DNA of 64,000 nt from Mobula hypostoma (taxonomy: Eukaryota): the NCBI RefSeq assembly GCF_963921235.1, contig NC_086108.1:74836001-74900000 (forward strand). The letters run 5' to 3'. The notes below the pieces were generated by a model, which saw nothing but the letters and a program-made list of their open reading frames with translations, was not told the DNA's origin and ran no database searches. How positions within the stretch are numbered: position 1 is the stretch's first letter; each line of letters opens with the position of its first letter. Position numbers and translations under genes: made by a program. Of the stretch, positions 24,216-36,044 are shown in pieces.

Positions 24216-25175
24216 AATAAAAATTAGTTCCTCTTTCCAGCAAAATCTGGCCCATTACTTCAAAGTGGACCTGCCCATTAGGACAAAGGAGTACAGTTTT
24301 AAACCAATAGGACATAGTTTTGGCATTGAGTCAGGAAGTAGTTCTTCATGCAGCGTATGATCAATAAATGATGTGGACATTTGGGTTGAGTAGTAGTGGC
24401 AAAAAATTACAGAATCGTTTATAAAACAGTTGGATGTCAGGGCAGAGCCATGTAGGTCTTTCTTGATGGATGAGCTAAGAAGCACTGAGTGGCCTTTCTC
24501 ATCTATCTTGTGATTATTGCCGGCGAAGTCTTAAAGCTTGATCCCTTTCAGCCTCCTTCTGATTCTTGTGTTATCTCTCCTCAGAGAGACTCTAAGGTAC
24601 TGTCCGCCAATTTTTTATGAGGTGTTTCTACTAATCTTCAATGTGGTCAAAGGAGACTGTGTGCACGTGACATATGAATCAACATCAAGTCAAGCAAGTG
24701 AAGTGCTCTCCTACAAGTAACAGTACATCTTAGTTAACTTTTGTCAACACACCAATGGATGTTTGACTGTGTCTTTAATAAGGAAGAGCATCAGATATTC
24801 TAAGGGGGTGAAGGGGTTAGAAGTATGTGGAAATATTTGAAACAACTAATTCATAAATATCAATAAATAAGCAGTACTTTCATGCAATGTTGATGATTCT
24901 GCATGTGAATATTTTTGCTGACTACTCACTATCATTTTTCTGCATTGCTTTATGACTTGGAGTAAATGGTTTTTTGAGAAGACCCAGATAGCTGAACTGA
25001 AAGTACCAAACAATGTCAGTGCTCTTAATGAAATAATTAATTCAGTCCTGCGATCTCAAAAATGGACAGTTTATTTTAAATGACAATGGAAGCAGCTCAG
25101 TTCAGTTGCAATATTTAGTGACACAACAGGAAAGAAAGAAAAAATATAGAGAAAAGAATAGATAAAATATTTACA

Positions 25176-25627
25176 AACACGAGAAAATCTGCAGATGCTG
25201 GAAATCCAAAGCAATACACTGCTTTGGATTGTATTCCTGGAGGAAATCAGCAGGTCAGGCAGCATCTTTGGGAAAGAGTAAACAGTTAATATTTCGGGCC
25301 GACACCCTTCTTCTATTCCCCACTCTGACCATTTACCTCTTCTCAGCTGCCAACTCCCCTGCATCCCCCCCTTCCCTTTCTCCTATACTTCACTCTCCTC
25401 TCCTATCAGATTCCTTCTTCTCCAGCCCTTGACCTTTCCACCCACTTAGATTCACCTATCACCCTGCAGCTAGGCTCCTTCCAGTCTCTCCACTTTCTTA
25501 CTGTGGCATCTTCCACCCAGCCCCTCCCCACATCAGTTCTGAAGAAGGGTCTCAGCCCAAAACATCAAATGTTTGCTTTTTTCCATAAATTTTGGCTGAC
25601 CCGCTGAGTTCCTCTAACATTCTGGGT
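25176..25627. mobile_element. Penelope-like element fragment with inverted termini
   Basis: GAAAATCTGCAGATGCTGGAAATCC...GGCCGACACCCTTC, then a pyrimidine-rich 3' region, then CTGAAGAAGGGTCTCAGCCCAAAAC...GCTGAGTTCCTCT. Confidence 0.78.
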
Positions 25628-26101
25628 AAAAAAAAATATAAATTGTAATCGTCTTTCACTACCTGAAGTTACCCAGAACTTTATAGTTAATGAACTATTC
25701 CTGAAGGGTGAAACAATTTACACTCGTTAAGGGTTTATAATAAGCAATTTTTATAACAAACAATTTGTAAAATAACAAGATAATCTGTGGCAATTATATT
25801 AGTTGAGAGATCAGTGCTGGCCAGAAACTAAATTAAGGATTAAAGCAAACTCAAATTTTGCCCTAAATAGCACCAATCAGGCTGTTATAATGGAGGTTAG
25901 ATTCCAGTCACAGACACTAAATGGGACATACTCCAGTGTGTGAACAGAATACCCTGCTTTCAAAATTTGTTTCTTTGGACCAGAAACTTCCGTGAGTGGC
26001 AAGCTGCCTGCACTCAAAAGGAATTTAAGGAGTTGGGTAGAAAATGGAAAAGCAGGATCTCTAGGGTAAGAATCTCCATCTTTGTGTGAAGCCAGGGGAT
26101 A

Positions 26102-27102
26102 AATAAGACCATAAGACATAGGAGTAGAATTAGGCCATTTGGCCCATTGAGTCTGCTCCACCATTCCGTCATGGCTGATCCTTTTCTCCCCCCCTCCCCG
26201 GCCATCTCCCCATAACCTTTGATGCCATGGCCAATCAAGAACCTATCAATCTCTGCCTCCCAAAGGGAGAAGATAGTGGTGCGACGTAGCGCGCAGCAGC
26301 CAATCTGGAATGAATATCTGTTATTTGTTAAGTAGGATGTTGTTTACAATCCTGATTTGATGGAGAGGGACATGAGAAGCACAGGGGAACATCTGGTGAA
26401 ACTTCAGAAATGCCTGTTTCACTGCCGCTGCAACTGTGCAATCCAGAATCTCCGGAGGGGAAGGCCCCGAATCCTCTGCTTTGGCTGTTGCTTGGCGGCC
26501 GGGGTCGGGGTCGAAGCGCTCGGCAGAGATGGTGCTCAGTGTCAGAGGGCTGGTCGGAAGCTCGAAGTTTTTGGATGGGCTCAGAGTCAGCTGTGGTTGG
26601 GTGCTTCCAGGGTGCTGTATCCGCAAGTTTGTGGCGCTGGAGGTTCATGGCATGGAGAGTTTCTCTTTCTTTTACTGTCTGCATGAGATGATGGGGCTAT
26701 TGGGACTTTGAGACTTTTTTTTTTACCGTGCCCATGGTCTGCTCTTTATCAAATTATGGTATTGCTTTGCACTGTTGTAACTATGTGTTATAATTATGTG
26801 GTTTTGTCAGTTTTAGTCTTGGTCTGTCTTGTGTTTCTATGATATCATACTGGAGGAAAATTGTATCATTTCTTAATGCATGCATTACAAAATGACAATA
26901 AACGAGGACTGAGTGTCCTCATAATCTAAAAGAAAATACCCTATGTCCTGGCCTCCACAGCTGCCTGTTGTAATAAATTCCACAAATTCAGCACCCTCCA
27001 GCTGAAAAAATTTCTCCGTATATCTGTTTTAAATGGACCCCCCCCCCATCCTGAGGCTGTGCCCTCTTGTTCTAGACTCCCCCACCATGGGAAGCATCCT
27101 TT
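26102..27102 (-). mobile_element. CR1 3' end split by an insertion at ~26261-26928
   Basis: Tail ATAAGACCATAAGACATAGGAG at ~26103. ATCTCTGCCT resumes as AAATACCC...GGCCTCCACAGCTGCC after ~26933. Confidence 0.85.
26261..26928 (+). mobile_element. Non-autonomous retroposon (~670 bp), copy 1
   Basis: Collinear with 48985-49637. Start GGAGAAGATAGTG, CpG-rich 5' half, 3' end GACAATAAA + GAGGAC-TGAGT-GTCCTC hairpin + TAATC. Confidence 0.8.
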
Positions 27103-27199
27103 TTGCTATCCTGAATGAGGACTTCATATCAGTAATTACTCGGAAGAAGTCTGATAAGTCAGAAAGTTAAAGGGGGTGCTTACTGAAAGCCTGGAACAT

Positions 27200-29085
27200 G
27201 TGCATATCAGGACAGAGGCTGGATTAGAGATACTGATGCACATTACTGTGGACAAATTCCTAGTGCCCGATTAAATCTATCCCAGGGTGTTATGATGCTA
27301 TGTGTATGTGATGAATGTGATGTTGCTGCAAGTTATTTTTTCTCTGAATGTGTCAAGCATATACCTGCACATTTGATAGAAATTCAACTTTGATTTTGAC
27401 TCAAAAACAAGGGAGGAGATTGCTGGGGCTCTGGAGATTTTTGTATCAATTTGGTGAGGTACTGAAAGACTGTTAATGTTGTTCCCGTATTTAAGAAGGG
27501 TGGTAGGGATAAGCCAGGAGACTGAAGGTCAGCCAGCCTTACATCAATAGGAAAAAAAATTATTTGAGATGAGATTTATGATTGCCTGGACAGGCAGCAA
27601 CTGGTTAGGAGGAGTCTAAACAACATGTACAAAATGCTGGAGGAACTCAGCAGGCCACGCAGCATCTATGGAAAAGAGACCCTTCTTCAAAACTGTAAGT
27701 TGAAGGGTCTCAAACTGAAACGTCAACTATACTTTTTTCCATAGATGCTGCCTGGCCAGCTGAGTTCTGCGGGCAATTTGTGTGTGTTACTTGGATTTCC
27801 AGCATCTGCAGATTTTCTCTTGCTTGTAGGAGGAGTCTACATGGCTTTGAAATACTGTTCCTGCCTCACAAATCTGATTAAAGTTATCTGAGGAGACCAC
27901 AAGGAAAGTTAAAGACAAGGTGGTAGTTGTGGTAATACATGGAGCTCAGCAAGGTTTTTGAGAAGGTCCCATATGGTATTCTGGTTCAGGAAGCTAGTGT
28001 ACATGAGATCCAATGTACTTTGACAAAATAGTGCACAACTAACTTAGTGATAAGAGGTTGAGGGTTATTTTTCTGACTTGAAATTTGTAACTAGTGTTGT
28101 ACCGCTTGGAATAATCCTGGGTCCTTTGCTGTTTGCCATGTGGCTTAAGGACACCTATGAGCAAAGATAAACTTGGCAGAGAGTGGCAGATGGAATCTAA
28201 TCCAGACAAGTGTGAGGAAATGCATTCTGGGTCATCTAATAGTGGCCAAACATGTACACTAAATGGCAGGAATCTTAGAAGTGTTTTTGTATAGAGGGAC
28301 CTTGGGGTGCAAGTTCATAACTCCTTGAAAATTGTCACGCAGGTGGATAAGGTATTTTGTTTGCCTTCATAGGAAGAGGTATTGGGTATTGGAGTCAGAA
28401 TATTATGTTGCACTTGTGCAAGATATTGGTGAGGACACATTTGCAATATTGTGTGCCCTTCTGGTCATCACAAAATAGAAGGGATGTGGTGGTATGAGAA
28501 AGTGCTGTAGAGATTCACCAGGATTGTGTCTGAAATGGGAAGTTTCAGTCCAAGAAGGTATCGGACAGGCTGGAATTGCTCTCACTAACATGCAGGAGGC
28601 CTTATAGATGTTTATAAAATTATGGGGGGCAGTGCTAGTCAGCCTTTTAACAAGGGTGTGGAAGTTTAAAGCAAGAGGGCATTTAAAAGAAGAAGAAAAT
28701 ATTTAAGGGAGATAAGAGAGTGGTGGTCATTTAGAACAAGTTTTCAGAAAAGGAGGTGAAAGCAGGTATCATCACAATATTTAAAAAGCATTTAGGTGGG
28801 TACATGGACAGAAAAAGAGTGAATTTTACTTCTATCTTATATGTGCTTTGTGCTGTGTATGACTGTTGGTACTGTATTTTGCACCTTGGCCTTGGAGTAA
28901 TGCTGTTTTGTTTGGCTGGATTCATGGGTATTTGTGTATGGTTGAATGACAATTAAACCTGAACTGAACTTAAAGAAAAATGGATATAGACCAAATGAAG
29001 GAAACTGGAATTAGTTTTGTCGGCATTTCGGTTGGCATGGCCGAGTTTGGCCAAGGACTTTTTCCATTCTGTACAATTCTATGAC
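27200..29085 (+). mobile_element. Decayed CR1 ORF2 (RT) with nested insertions
   Basis: NVVPVFKKGGRDKPGD-RSASLTS (~27475-27545), SCLTNLI (~27858), WQMESNPDKCEEMHSG (~28184), QRDLGVQVH-like (~28293), VRTHLQYCVPFWS (~28428). Confidence 0.8.
27619..27826. mobile_element. Palindromic Penelope-terminus mini-element
   Basis: Two inverted termini only. Perfect 13-bp TSD TAGGAGGAGTCTA at 27606-27618 and 27827-27839, inside a CR1. Confidence 0.85.
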
Positions 29086-30299
29086 ATAAAACACAGTCCT
29101 TTCATAGATCAAAGTTTCCTAGTTAGTTTGTAAATATCAATCGCCCATGCTAATCAGTTAAGATTAGTGCCTGATTATCAAAACTCCAGGACAGGATGAG
29201 GCATTGTACACCCCTGTCAGTTACACTTCATCTCTATCCAGAAGTGATGGAGAGCTGCTCAATGTATTCTTTGAATATCTTCTAAGAAGATCTTTCCTTT
29301 GTTCTGGTTTTTGATTACACTTCCAATTTCACCTTGATGCCTTTTTTATATGGATATCTATCTAGGAAATGATATTTTGCATGTGAGGTACTTTATAAAT
29401 GTACGCTTATCTTTTTCAAAATAGTAGCAAATTTCCAAGTGAACTGGGAATCTTGCAATTTTTGAAAGGGTAAAGTACACCTTTTGTCTTATTTGGTTCA
29501 CACCTTTCATCATGCTGTTTCAGCCAATGCCTGGGTTGTGACCCTGTGGTGCTTGGAAACAAGAAATGAATTCTGCACACTTGTAAATTTATTTCATGTT
29601 ACACCATCTAGCAGATGTATAATTATGTGCAAAATGTGTACTACTATTGTAATGCTGTTGCTATCATAAGCTGCCAAAGTGTCACAAGATGGTAAACCAG
29701 TCTGGGCAACAACTAATCCAGAAGGAAGAAATTTTTTTCCCAGAAACAGCAACCACATTTGAAAAGTCCAATATTTTAAGACTGCATCAACTATAACTAT
29801 CTTGACAAAATATAAGAATACAGCAGTTACACATTCAAGTTTTGAAAGTTCAGTGAAGTTCAACCGCAATTAATAATATTTGTGACATTCTTTTTGGAAG
29901 CAGTACACAGTTTAATAAAAAGTTCTATAAGTAATGTGGATTGACCTACAGCCAAAGTTCTGTGTAAAAATATGAGGAGTTGGCTCTATGACAAGGTAAT
30001 CACTGCAATCGCAAGCCTGCAATGTTCAGATTCAACTTTCAACATTAGTAAGCAGCAATTTAACAAACTAGGCTCACAGCCCTGTGACACTTTGGTGGGG
30101 TCTGAAATCAACAACTCTGCAATTTGATTGCACTTTTAGTATATAAGAGCATGGTGTTTCAGGGGGTTCTCTGCAACACCCTATACTTTTGAAAACAGAA
30201 TGGAGGGGCATATTTTCTTGCTCTGAACAGAAGTCTACACTTTCGGGTGTCAAATGGGGATTGCTATTTGGTTGCATGAGTGTGATGTCTTCTGACAAT

Positions 30300-31583
30300 G
30301 CAACACATACAAAATGCTGGAGAAACTCAGCAGGTCAGGCAGCATCTGGAAAAGAGTAAACAGTTGCCTTTGCGGGTCAAGCTCTTCTTCATGACTGAGA
30401 AGGAAGGGAGAAGATGCCAGAATAAAAAAGTGGGGACAGGGCAAGGAGGCTAGCTGGAAGATAATAGGTGAAGCCAGGTGGGTGGGAAAGGTCAAGGGCT
30501 GGAGAAGAATGAATCTGATGGGAGAAGAGAGTGGACCATAGGAGAAAGGGAAGGAGGAGGGGATCCAGGTGGAAGTAATAGGCAGGTGAGAGGAAGTGAA
30601 AGGTCAGAGTTTGGGATAGAGGAGGAGGAGAGGGAAAATTCGTCCACTGGAAAGAGAAATTGATATTCATACCATCAGGTTAGAGGGTACTCAGACAGAA
30701 TATAAAGTGTTACTCCTCTGCCCTGAGGATGGCCTTACCTTGGCACAAGAGGAGGTCCTGGATTGACAAATGGAAGAAAAATGCAATGTTGCATTTATTT
30801 CATGGGGAATAGAATATAAAAGCAAGGAGGTAATGCTGAGCCTTTATAAGATACTAGTCAGGCTGCACTTAGCGTATTGTCAACAGTTTTGGGCCCCGTA
30901 TCTCAGAAGGGATGTGCTGAAATTGGAGAGATTCCAGAGGAAGTTCACGAGGATGATTCCAGGAATGAAGGGGTTAACATATGAATAGCATTTGGCAGTC
31001 TTGATGAAGGGTCTCAGCCTGAAACGTCGACTGTACCTCTTCCTAGAGATGCTGCCTGGCCTGCTGCGTTCACCAGCAACTTTGATGTGGCAACGTTGGG
31101 CCTGTACTCAATGGAATTTAGAAGAATATGGGTGTATCTCATTGAAACCTACCGAATGTTGAAACGACTAGATAGGATGGATGTGGAGAGGATGTTTCTG
31201 GAGTCGGGGTATCCAGAATTAAAGGGCACAGCTTCAAAATTGATGGGTGACCCTTTAGAACAGAGGTAAGGAGGAATTTTTTAGCCAGAGAGCCATATAT
31301 CTGCGGAATGCTCTGCCACAGACTGTAGTGGAGGTCAAGTCCGTGCATATATTTAAGGCAGAAATTGATCGTTTCCTGATTGGTCAGGGCCTCAAAGGAT
31401 ATGGCAGGAAGGCAAGTGTATTGGGGTTGAGTGGGATCCGGGATCGGCCATGATGGAATGGCGGAGCAGATTCAATGGGCTGAATGGCCTAATTCTGCTC
31501 CTACGTTTTATAATCTTATGGACACATGGGAATGGGTATCGGAATTAAAATGTTTGGCCACAGGGAAGTCTTGCTTGTGGCTG
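30300..31583 (-). mobile_element. Penelope-like element 3' part (endonuclease C-terminus), split by a CR1 at 30769-31520
   Basis: Minus strand: QDFPVAKHFNSDTHSHVS (31520-31575) continues at 30768 into GPPLVP.KAILRAEE-HFIFCLSTL-PDGMNINFS. GACA is duplicated at 30765-30768 and 31521-31524. Terminus at ~30300-30395. Confidence 0.82.
30769..31520 (+). mobile_element. CR1 3' fragment, itself interrupted by a Penelope terminus at ~30996-31087
   Basis: ORF 30770-30988 reads AFISWGIEYKSKEVMLSLYKILVRLHLAYCQQFWAPYLRRD. 3' tail CCTAATTCTGCTCCTACG at ~31488. Confidence 0.9.
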
Positions 31584-32709
31584 ACAATGCTTAGATAAAC
31601 AATGCTTTGATAAACAATGCTTTGTTTGCTTATGTGAAACATTGAAGATGGTATATGGATGTATTCTGAGACTGCATAAAACCTGTACAAACCGCTGCCA
31701 GCTGAGATCCCGTTAACCCAGAGACCATAGTGACAGTTTACATGCAGCAACAAGGGATGTAGCAAAGGTTTTTTTTTCAAACAATGGAAATAGTTTAATA
31801 TTTTCTAACACTATAGTTATATTTGCTTTTGGATGATATGCTATAAAACACATTTCTCTGTGCTGAGTCTACTGTAAATAAGCTTGATGGTGGATACAGC
31901 CTGAAGCATTAACCTTTAGAAATGTAGAACATATGTTGTAAAGGGAATGCATAGATTCCGATTCATTTGTAAATACAGGCTTTGTAAGATGCTGAAAAAG
32001 ATTTTCTGAACAGATTTAGTAATGAATGAGGATGTGTGGTTCCCATGGTTAGCACAGTGGGATTCATTGTATTGTGACACAAAGACTATTTTCTCTCTCT
32101 CATATGCATCAGACATTCCATCACCACCCAACAAACCATTCCTTTGCATCCTGAGAACTCATTTGAAATAACCTTATGCAGTTGCTTTTGAGCTGACATG
32201 TATCTCTGTAAAATGTAACAAGGAGAAAGAAACATCTTTGCAATTTTTCATATTTCTGTATAGACTCCCATTTTTAAAATTCCAAGAATTTTCGCAATCA
32301 ATTCAAACTCCTCATCTTGTCAATTCCTGTTCATTATTTCCAACTTCATGAAATATTTTCTGCTGTCAAGCTTATTTAATTTACTCCAGTGAGAGAAAAT
32401 GGTTAATTTAATTGAATTCTTGATTACGCTTACATGCAGCCACTAACTTATAGAAAATCATGAGATAGGGAAACAAAGTAAAATAGCCAAACTGCACTTG
32501 CATTATTTTTACTTTCTATTTATTCAACGATCAGCTACACAAATGAAGGGAAAGCTTTCATAGTGCCATTTGGCTGTTTCTGATAACATCCAAACATCGA
32601 GGAGAGAAGAGACTAATTTTAAATGGGCTAAGCAGTCAGTGTGTGTCAAGTAGGAAGAGTGGCAAGTTTGCTGATGGAAAATCTAAGCTTTTAACATGGG
32701 GCATGGGTG

Positions 32710-33450
32710 GAATCAGGGTCAGAATTCAGGAACAGAATCAAAATCAGGGTTAATTTGAAATGGCTTACAGTATGTCATGAAATTTGCAGTTTTGTGGCAG
32801 CAGTAGATTGCAATACATAATAAAAACTACAAATTACAATATATATAAGTATTTAAACAATTAAATTAAATAAGTACTGCAAAAAGAGAGGGAAAACTAC
32901 TGGGCAACTCACATAAAATGCTGGAGGAACGTTTTGGCCAAAACATGGACTATACTCTTTTCCATAGATGCTGCCTGGCCTGCTGAGTTCCTCCAGCATT
33001 TTGTGTCTGTTGCTCAGATTTCCAGCATCTGCAGTTTTCAAGTCCTGACGAAGGGTCTCGGCCTGAAACGTCGACTGTACCTCTTCCTAGAGATGCTGCC
33101 TGGCCAGCTGTGTTCACCAGCAACTTTGATGTGTGTTGCTTGAATTTCCAGCATCTGCAGAATTCCTGTTATCTGCAGTTTTCTGTGGTTTGTGATTGGA
33201 AAAAAATACAGTAGTGTTCATGGGTTCATTGTCCATTCAGAAATCCAATGGCGGGGGTAAGAAGCTGTTCCTGAAATGTTGAGTGTGTGCCTCCAAGGTC
33301 CTGTACCTCCTCAGTGGTAGCAATGAGAAGAGGACATGTCCTGGGTGATGCGTGTCCTTAATGATTGATGCCGCCTTCTTAAGGCATCGTCGTTTGAAGG
33401 TGTCCTGGATGCTGGGTGGGCCAGGGCCCATGATGGAGCTGGCAGAGCTT
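32710..33450 (-). mobile_element. Rex1-like LINE 3' part with stacked Penelope termini at ~32905-33190
   Basis: ORF 33237-33551(-) reads PSIQDTFKRRCLKKAASIIKDTHHPGHVLFSLLP.RRYRTLEAHTQHFRNSF. (TTCTGA)n-type tail at ~32710-32750. Confidence 0.8.
33041..33076 (+). ncRNA. Minimal type I hammerhead ribozyme-like motif in a Penelope terminus
   Basis: AGTC-CTGACGA-A-GGGT-CTCG-GCCT-GAAA-CG-TC-GACT: stem I AGTC/GACT, core CUGANGA and GAAA, short stem II, palindromic ACGU in place of stem III, putative GUC cleavage triplet. Confidence 0.62.
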
Positions 33451-33799
33451 ATAACTGGTAAATTTAAGAGGTCTGATGATAATAGATACTGAAAGCATTT
33501 TTTTTTTGTCACAACAAATACAACATGTGACTCCCACATCCAGCCTGCCATTCATGATGCAAAGTTGGATTTGGTACAAGTGTACAGTCAGGAACATGTG
33601 AGAACGCTACTGGTAAGGTCGAATAATGAAATTGTGACTGGGAGATGTCACTAGTCTTAAAAGCACAGGACGGTCTTCTGCTTTGTAACAAGAACTTAAA
33701 AAAAATATAATTTTAAGGAGATGGAAAGCCTCTTCTGTGCACTCTGTGAAGTTGACACTGAGCACAGACTTTTCTTGTCCCTCACCACCATCTCTTTGG

Positions 33800-34325
33800 T
33801 TAAGAATGCACAGCAGCGTCTCCACTTCCTGAGGAGATGAGGTGAGAAAGGATCCCCCTTTCTAATTCTTACCAATTTTTACAGGAACACCATTGAGAGT
33901 ATCCTGACCAGTTGCATCACTATCTTGTACGAGGATTGCAGGGCACCTGACCACAAGCCCCTACATCGGACTGAGGTGATCATTTGAGTCTCACTTCCAC
34001 CCAGCAGAGATATTTATCAGGAGCACTGTGTACGTAGGGCACTTAGCATTGCCAATGATCCCTCCCAAATGTCTAACAATATCTTTGGCCCCCACACCAT
34101 TAGGCAGGAGGCACCATAACTGTTAGGATGGGAAACAGTTTCTTACCCCAGGCCGTAAGACTTACATGCATATATGCCTCATCATGTATGAAGAGTCATA
34201 AGCATTATACTGTTTACTTATAAATTTGTGTCACAAATGCAACTTATTATTTGTTAATTTACTTGTGGTAAAATTACTTTATGTGAGTTATATGTACTGT
34301 GTTGTTCACCTTGGTCTGGAGGAAT
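33800..34325 (+). mobile_element. Rex1-like LINE 3' fragment
   Basis: KNAQQRLHFLRR...ILTNFYRNTIESILTSCITILY (~33802-33930), TPLGRRH (~34095). Confidence 0.75.
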
Positions 34326-34359
34326 GTTAGCAACACACACAAAATGCTGGAGGAACTCA

Positions 34360-34997
34360 TTAAAGGTTTATGAAAATCATCCCAAGAACAATGATACCAT
34401 TGGTGGGAGAGTCTAGCATCAAATGGCACAGCATCAGAATAGAAGGCCATCCCTCTATAACAATGTTGAAGAAGAATTCTTTTAGCCAAAGGGGAGTAAA
34501 TCTATGGAATTCATTGCTACAGATGATCATGGAGGTCAAGTCATTGGGTATATTTAAAGCGGAGGGTGACAGGTTCTTGATTAGTAAAGGAATCAAGGGT
34601 TACAAGGAGATGGCAGGAGAAAAAGGTTTTGATGGAAAATAAATCAGCTATGATCAAATGATGTAGCCGACCCTCTCCAATACCAGAACATCCTTTCTTA
34701 GATCTTGGGCCCAAAACTGGTCACAGTACTCTAAATATGACCAATGGCTTAAAAGACTCAGCGTTACATCCCTGTTTTTATATTCTAGTCCCCTTGAAAT
34801 GAATGCTAACATTGCATTTAGTTTCTTTACTACCAACACGTGTGCAGGTTAACCTTTAGGAAATCCTGTTCCAGGACTCCCAAGTCCCATTGCACCTCTG
34901 ATTTCTGAATTCTCTCCCCATTTAGTCTATAGTCTATACCTTTATTATTTCTACCAAAGTGCATGACCATACCCTTCCCTACTCTATTCCATCTGCT
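34360..34997. mobile_element. Two CR1 segments in opposite orientation (+ 34360-34665; - 34670-34997)
   Basis: ORF 34370-34642(+) reads KNSFSQRGVNLWNSL. ORF 34654-34839(-) reads NAMLAFISRGLEYKNRDV...QFWAQDLRKDVLVLERV. Confidence 0.8.
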
Positions 34998-36044
34998 GTG
35001 GATCTATCTACTGTGAGGCCCGGACCTCCGAATGTCAAAAAATCTCTTTGCTTCTTTTAGTTGAGGCTATGTGAGATGTCACATGATGTGTATTTACCAC
35101 AAGGAGTCAGTGAATCGAATCTTGCATGCTTCTCAACTCTTGCATCTCCTTTCTTACTCTATGAAATATTTCATGAGAATTGTTATTAAATACTCGCTTA
35201 ATATTAGCAACACACACAAAATGCTGGTGGAACTTAGCAGGCCAGGCAGCAACTATGGAAAAAAGTACAGTTGACATTTCAGGCTGAAACCCTTCAGCAG
35301 GTCAAAACCCTTCCTGTTGAATGACCCAACGGTTTCTAAACTGTACTTTCTCATCTCTGGTAAATGTACTCTGAGCTCCCTATGAGGTTGCGATATAACT
35401 TCTGAGCTGCCCAGAACTGAACACAATATTCAAGTTGAGGAATTACCAATACCATAGAAGATTTACCATGCATTTCTTTTCTCTTGTGTTTGTTTATCTA
35501 ATGCCCTGTTCTTGGACTTTGTGAACGTGGTACTAGACTGTGAGTATACAGCTGATAGATTAAGTTAATATATTGCAAACCTTATTGTGGTTAATGAAAA
35601 TAGTGATAGGCAGAGTTAATGCTATGGAATGAATTTTGACAGTAGCTTTTTGAGAATAGCTTCTTGAGCATGAGTTGAAATCAACTCAGGAAGCACGTGA
35701 CAGAGCAGTTAGCAAAGTGAGTAGATGCCATTTTCTGGTGACGCAGCAGTTAGTGCTGCTGTGTACTGCTCTGTTGACCCTGGGTGATCATGATGTTAGT
35801 GCAGGCTTTGTGCTAGTTTGCTTTAGTTTTCTTTCACATCCCAAAGATTTGCTGGAGGATTAAATAGCCACTGTGAATTAGCCTCAGTGTGGGTGGATGG
35901 GAAGAGAAACAGAGAGTTGTTGAGGGACATGTGACAGCAGATAATTTACCTGTAAATAAGTGGGAACTTGCAAATAGTCTGATATGCACACTTTGAAAGG
36001 AAGTATAAAACGACACCTGTGTGAATCCCTGCAGCATCTAATGA

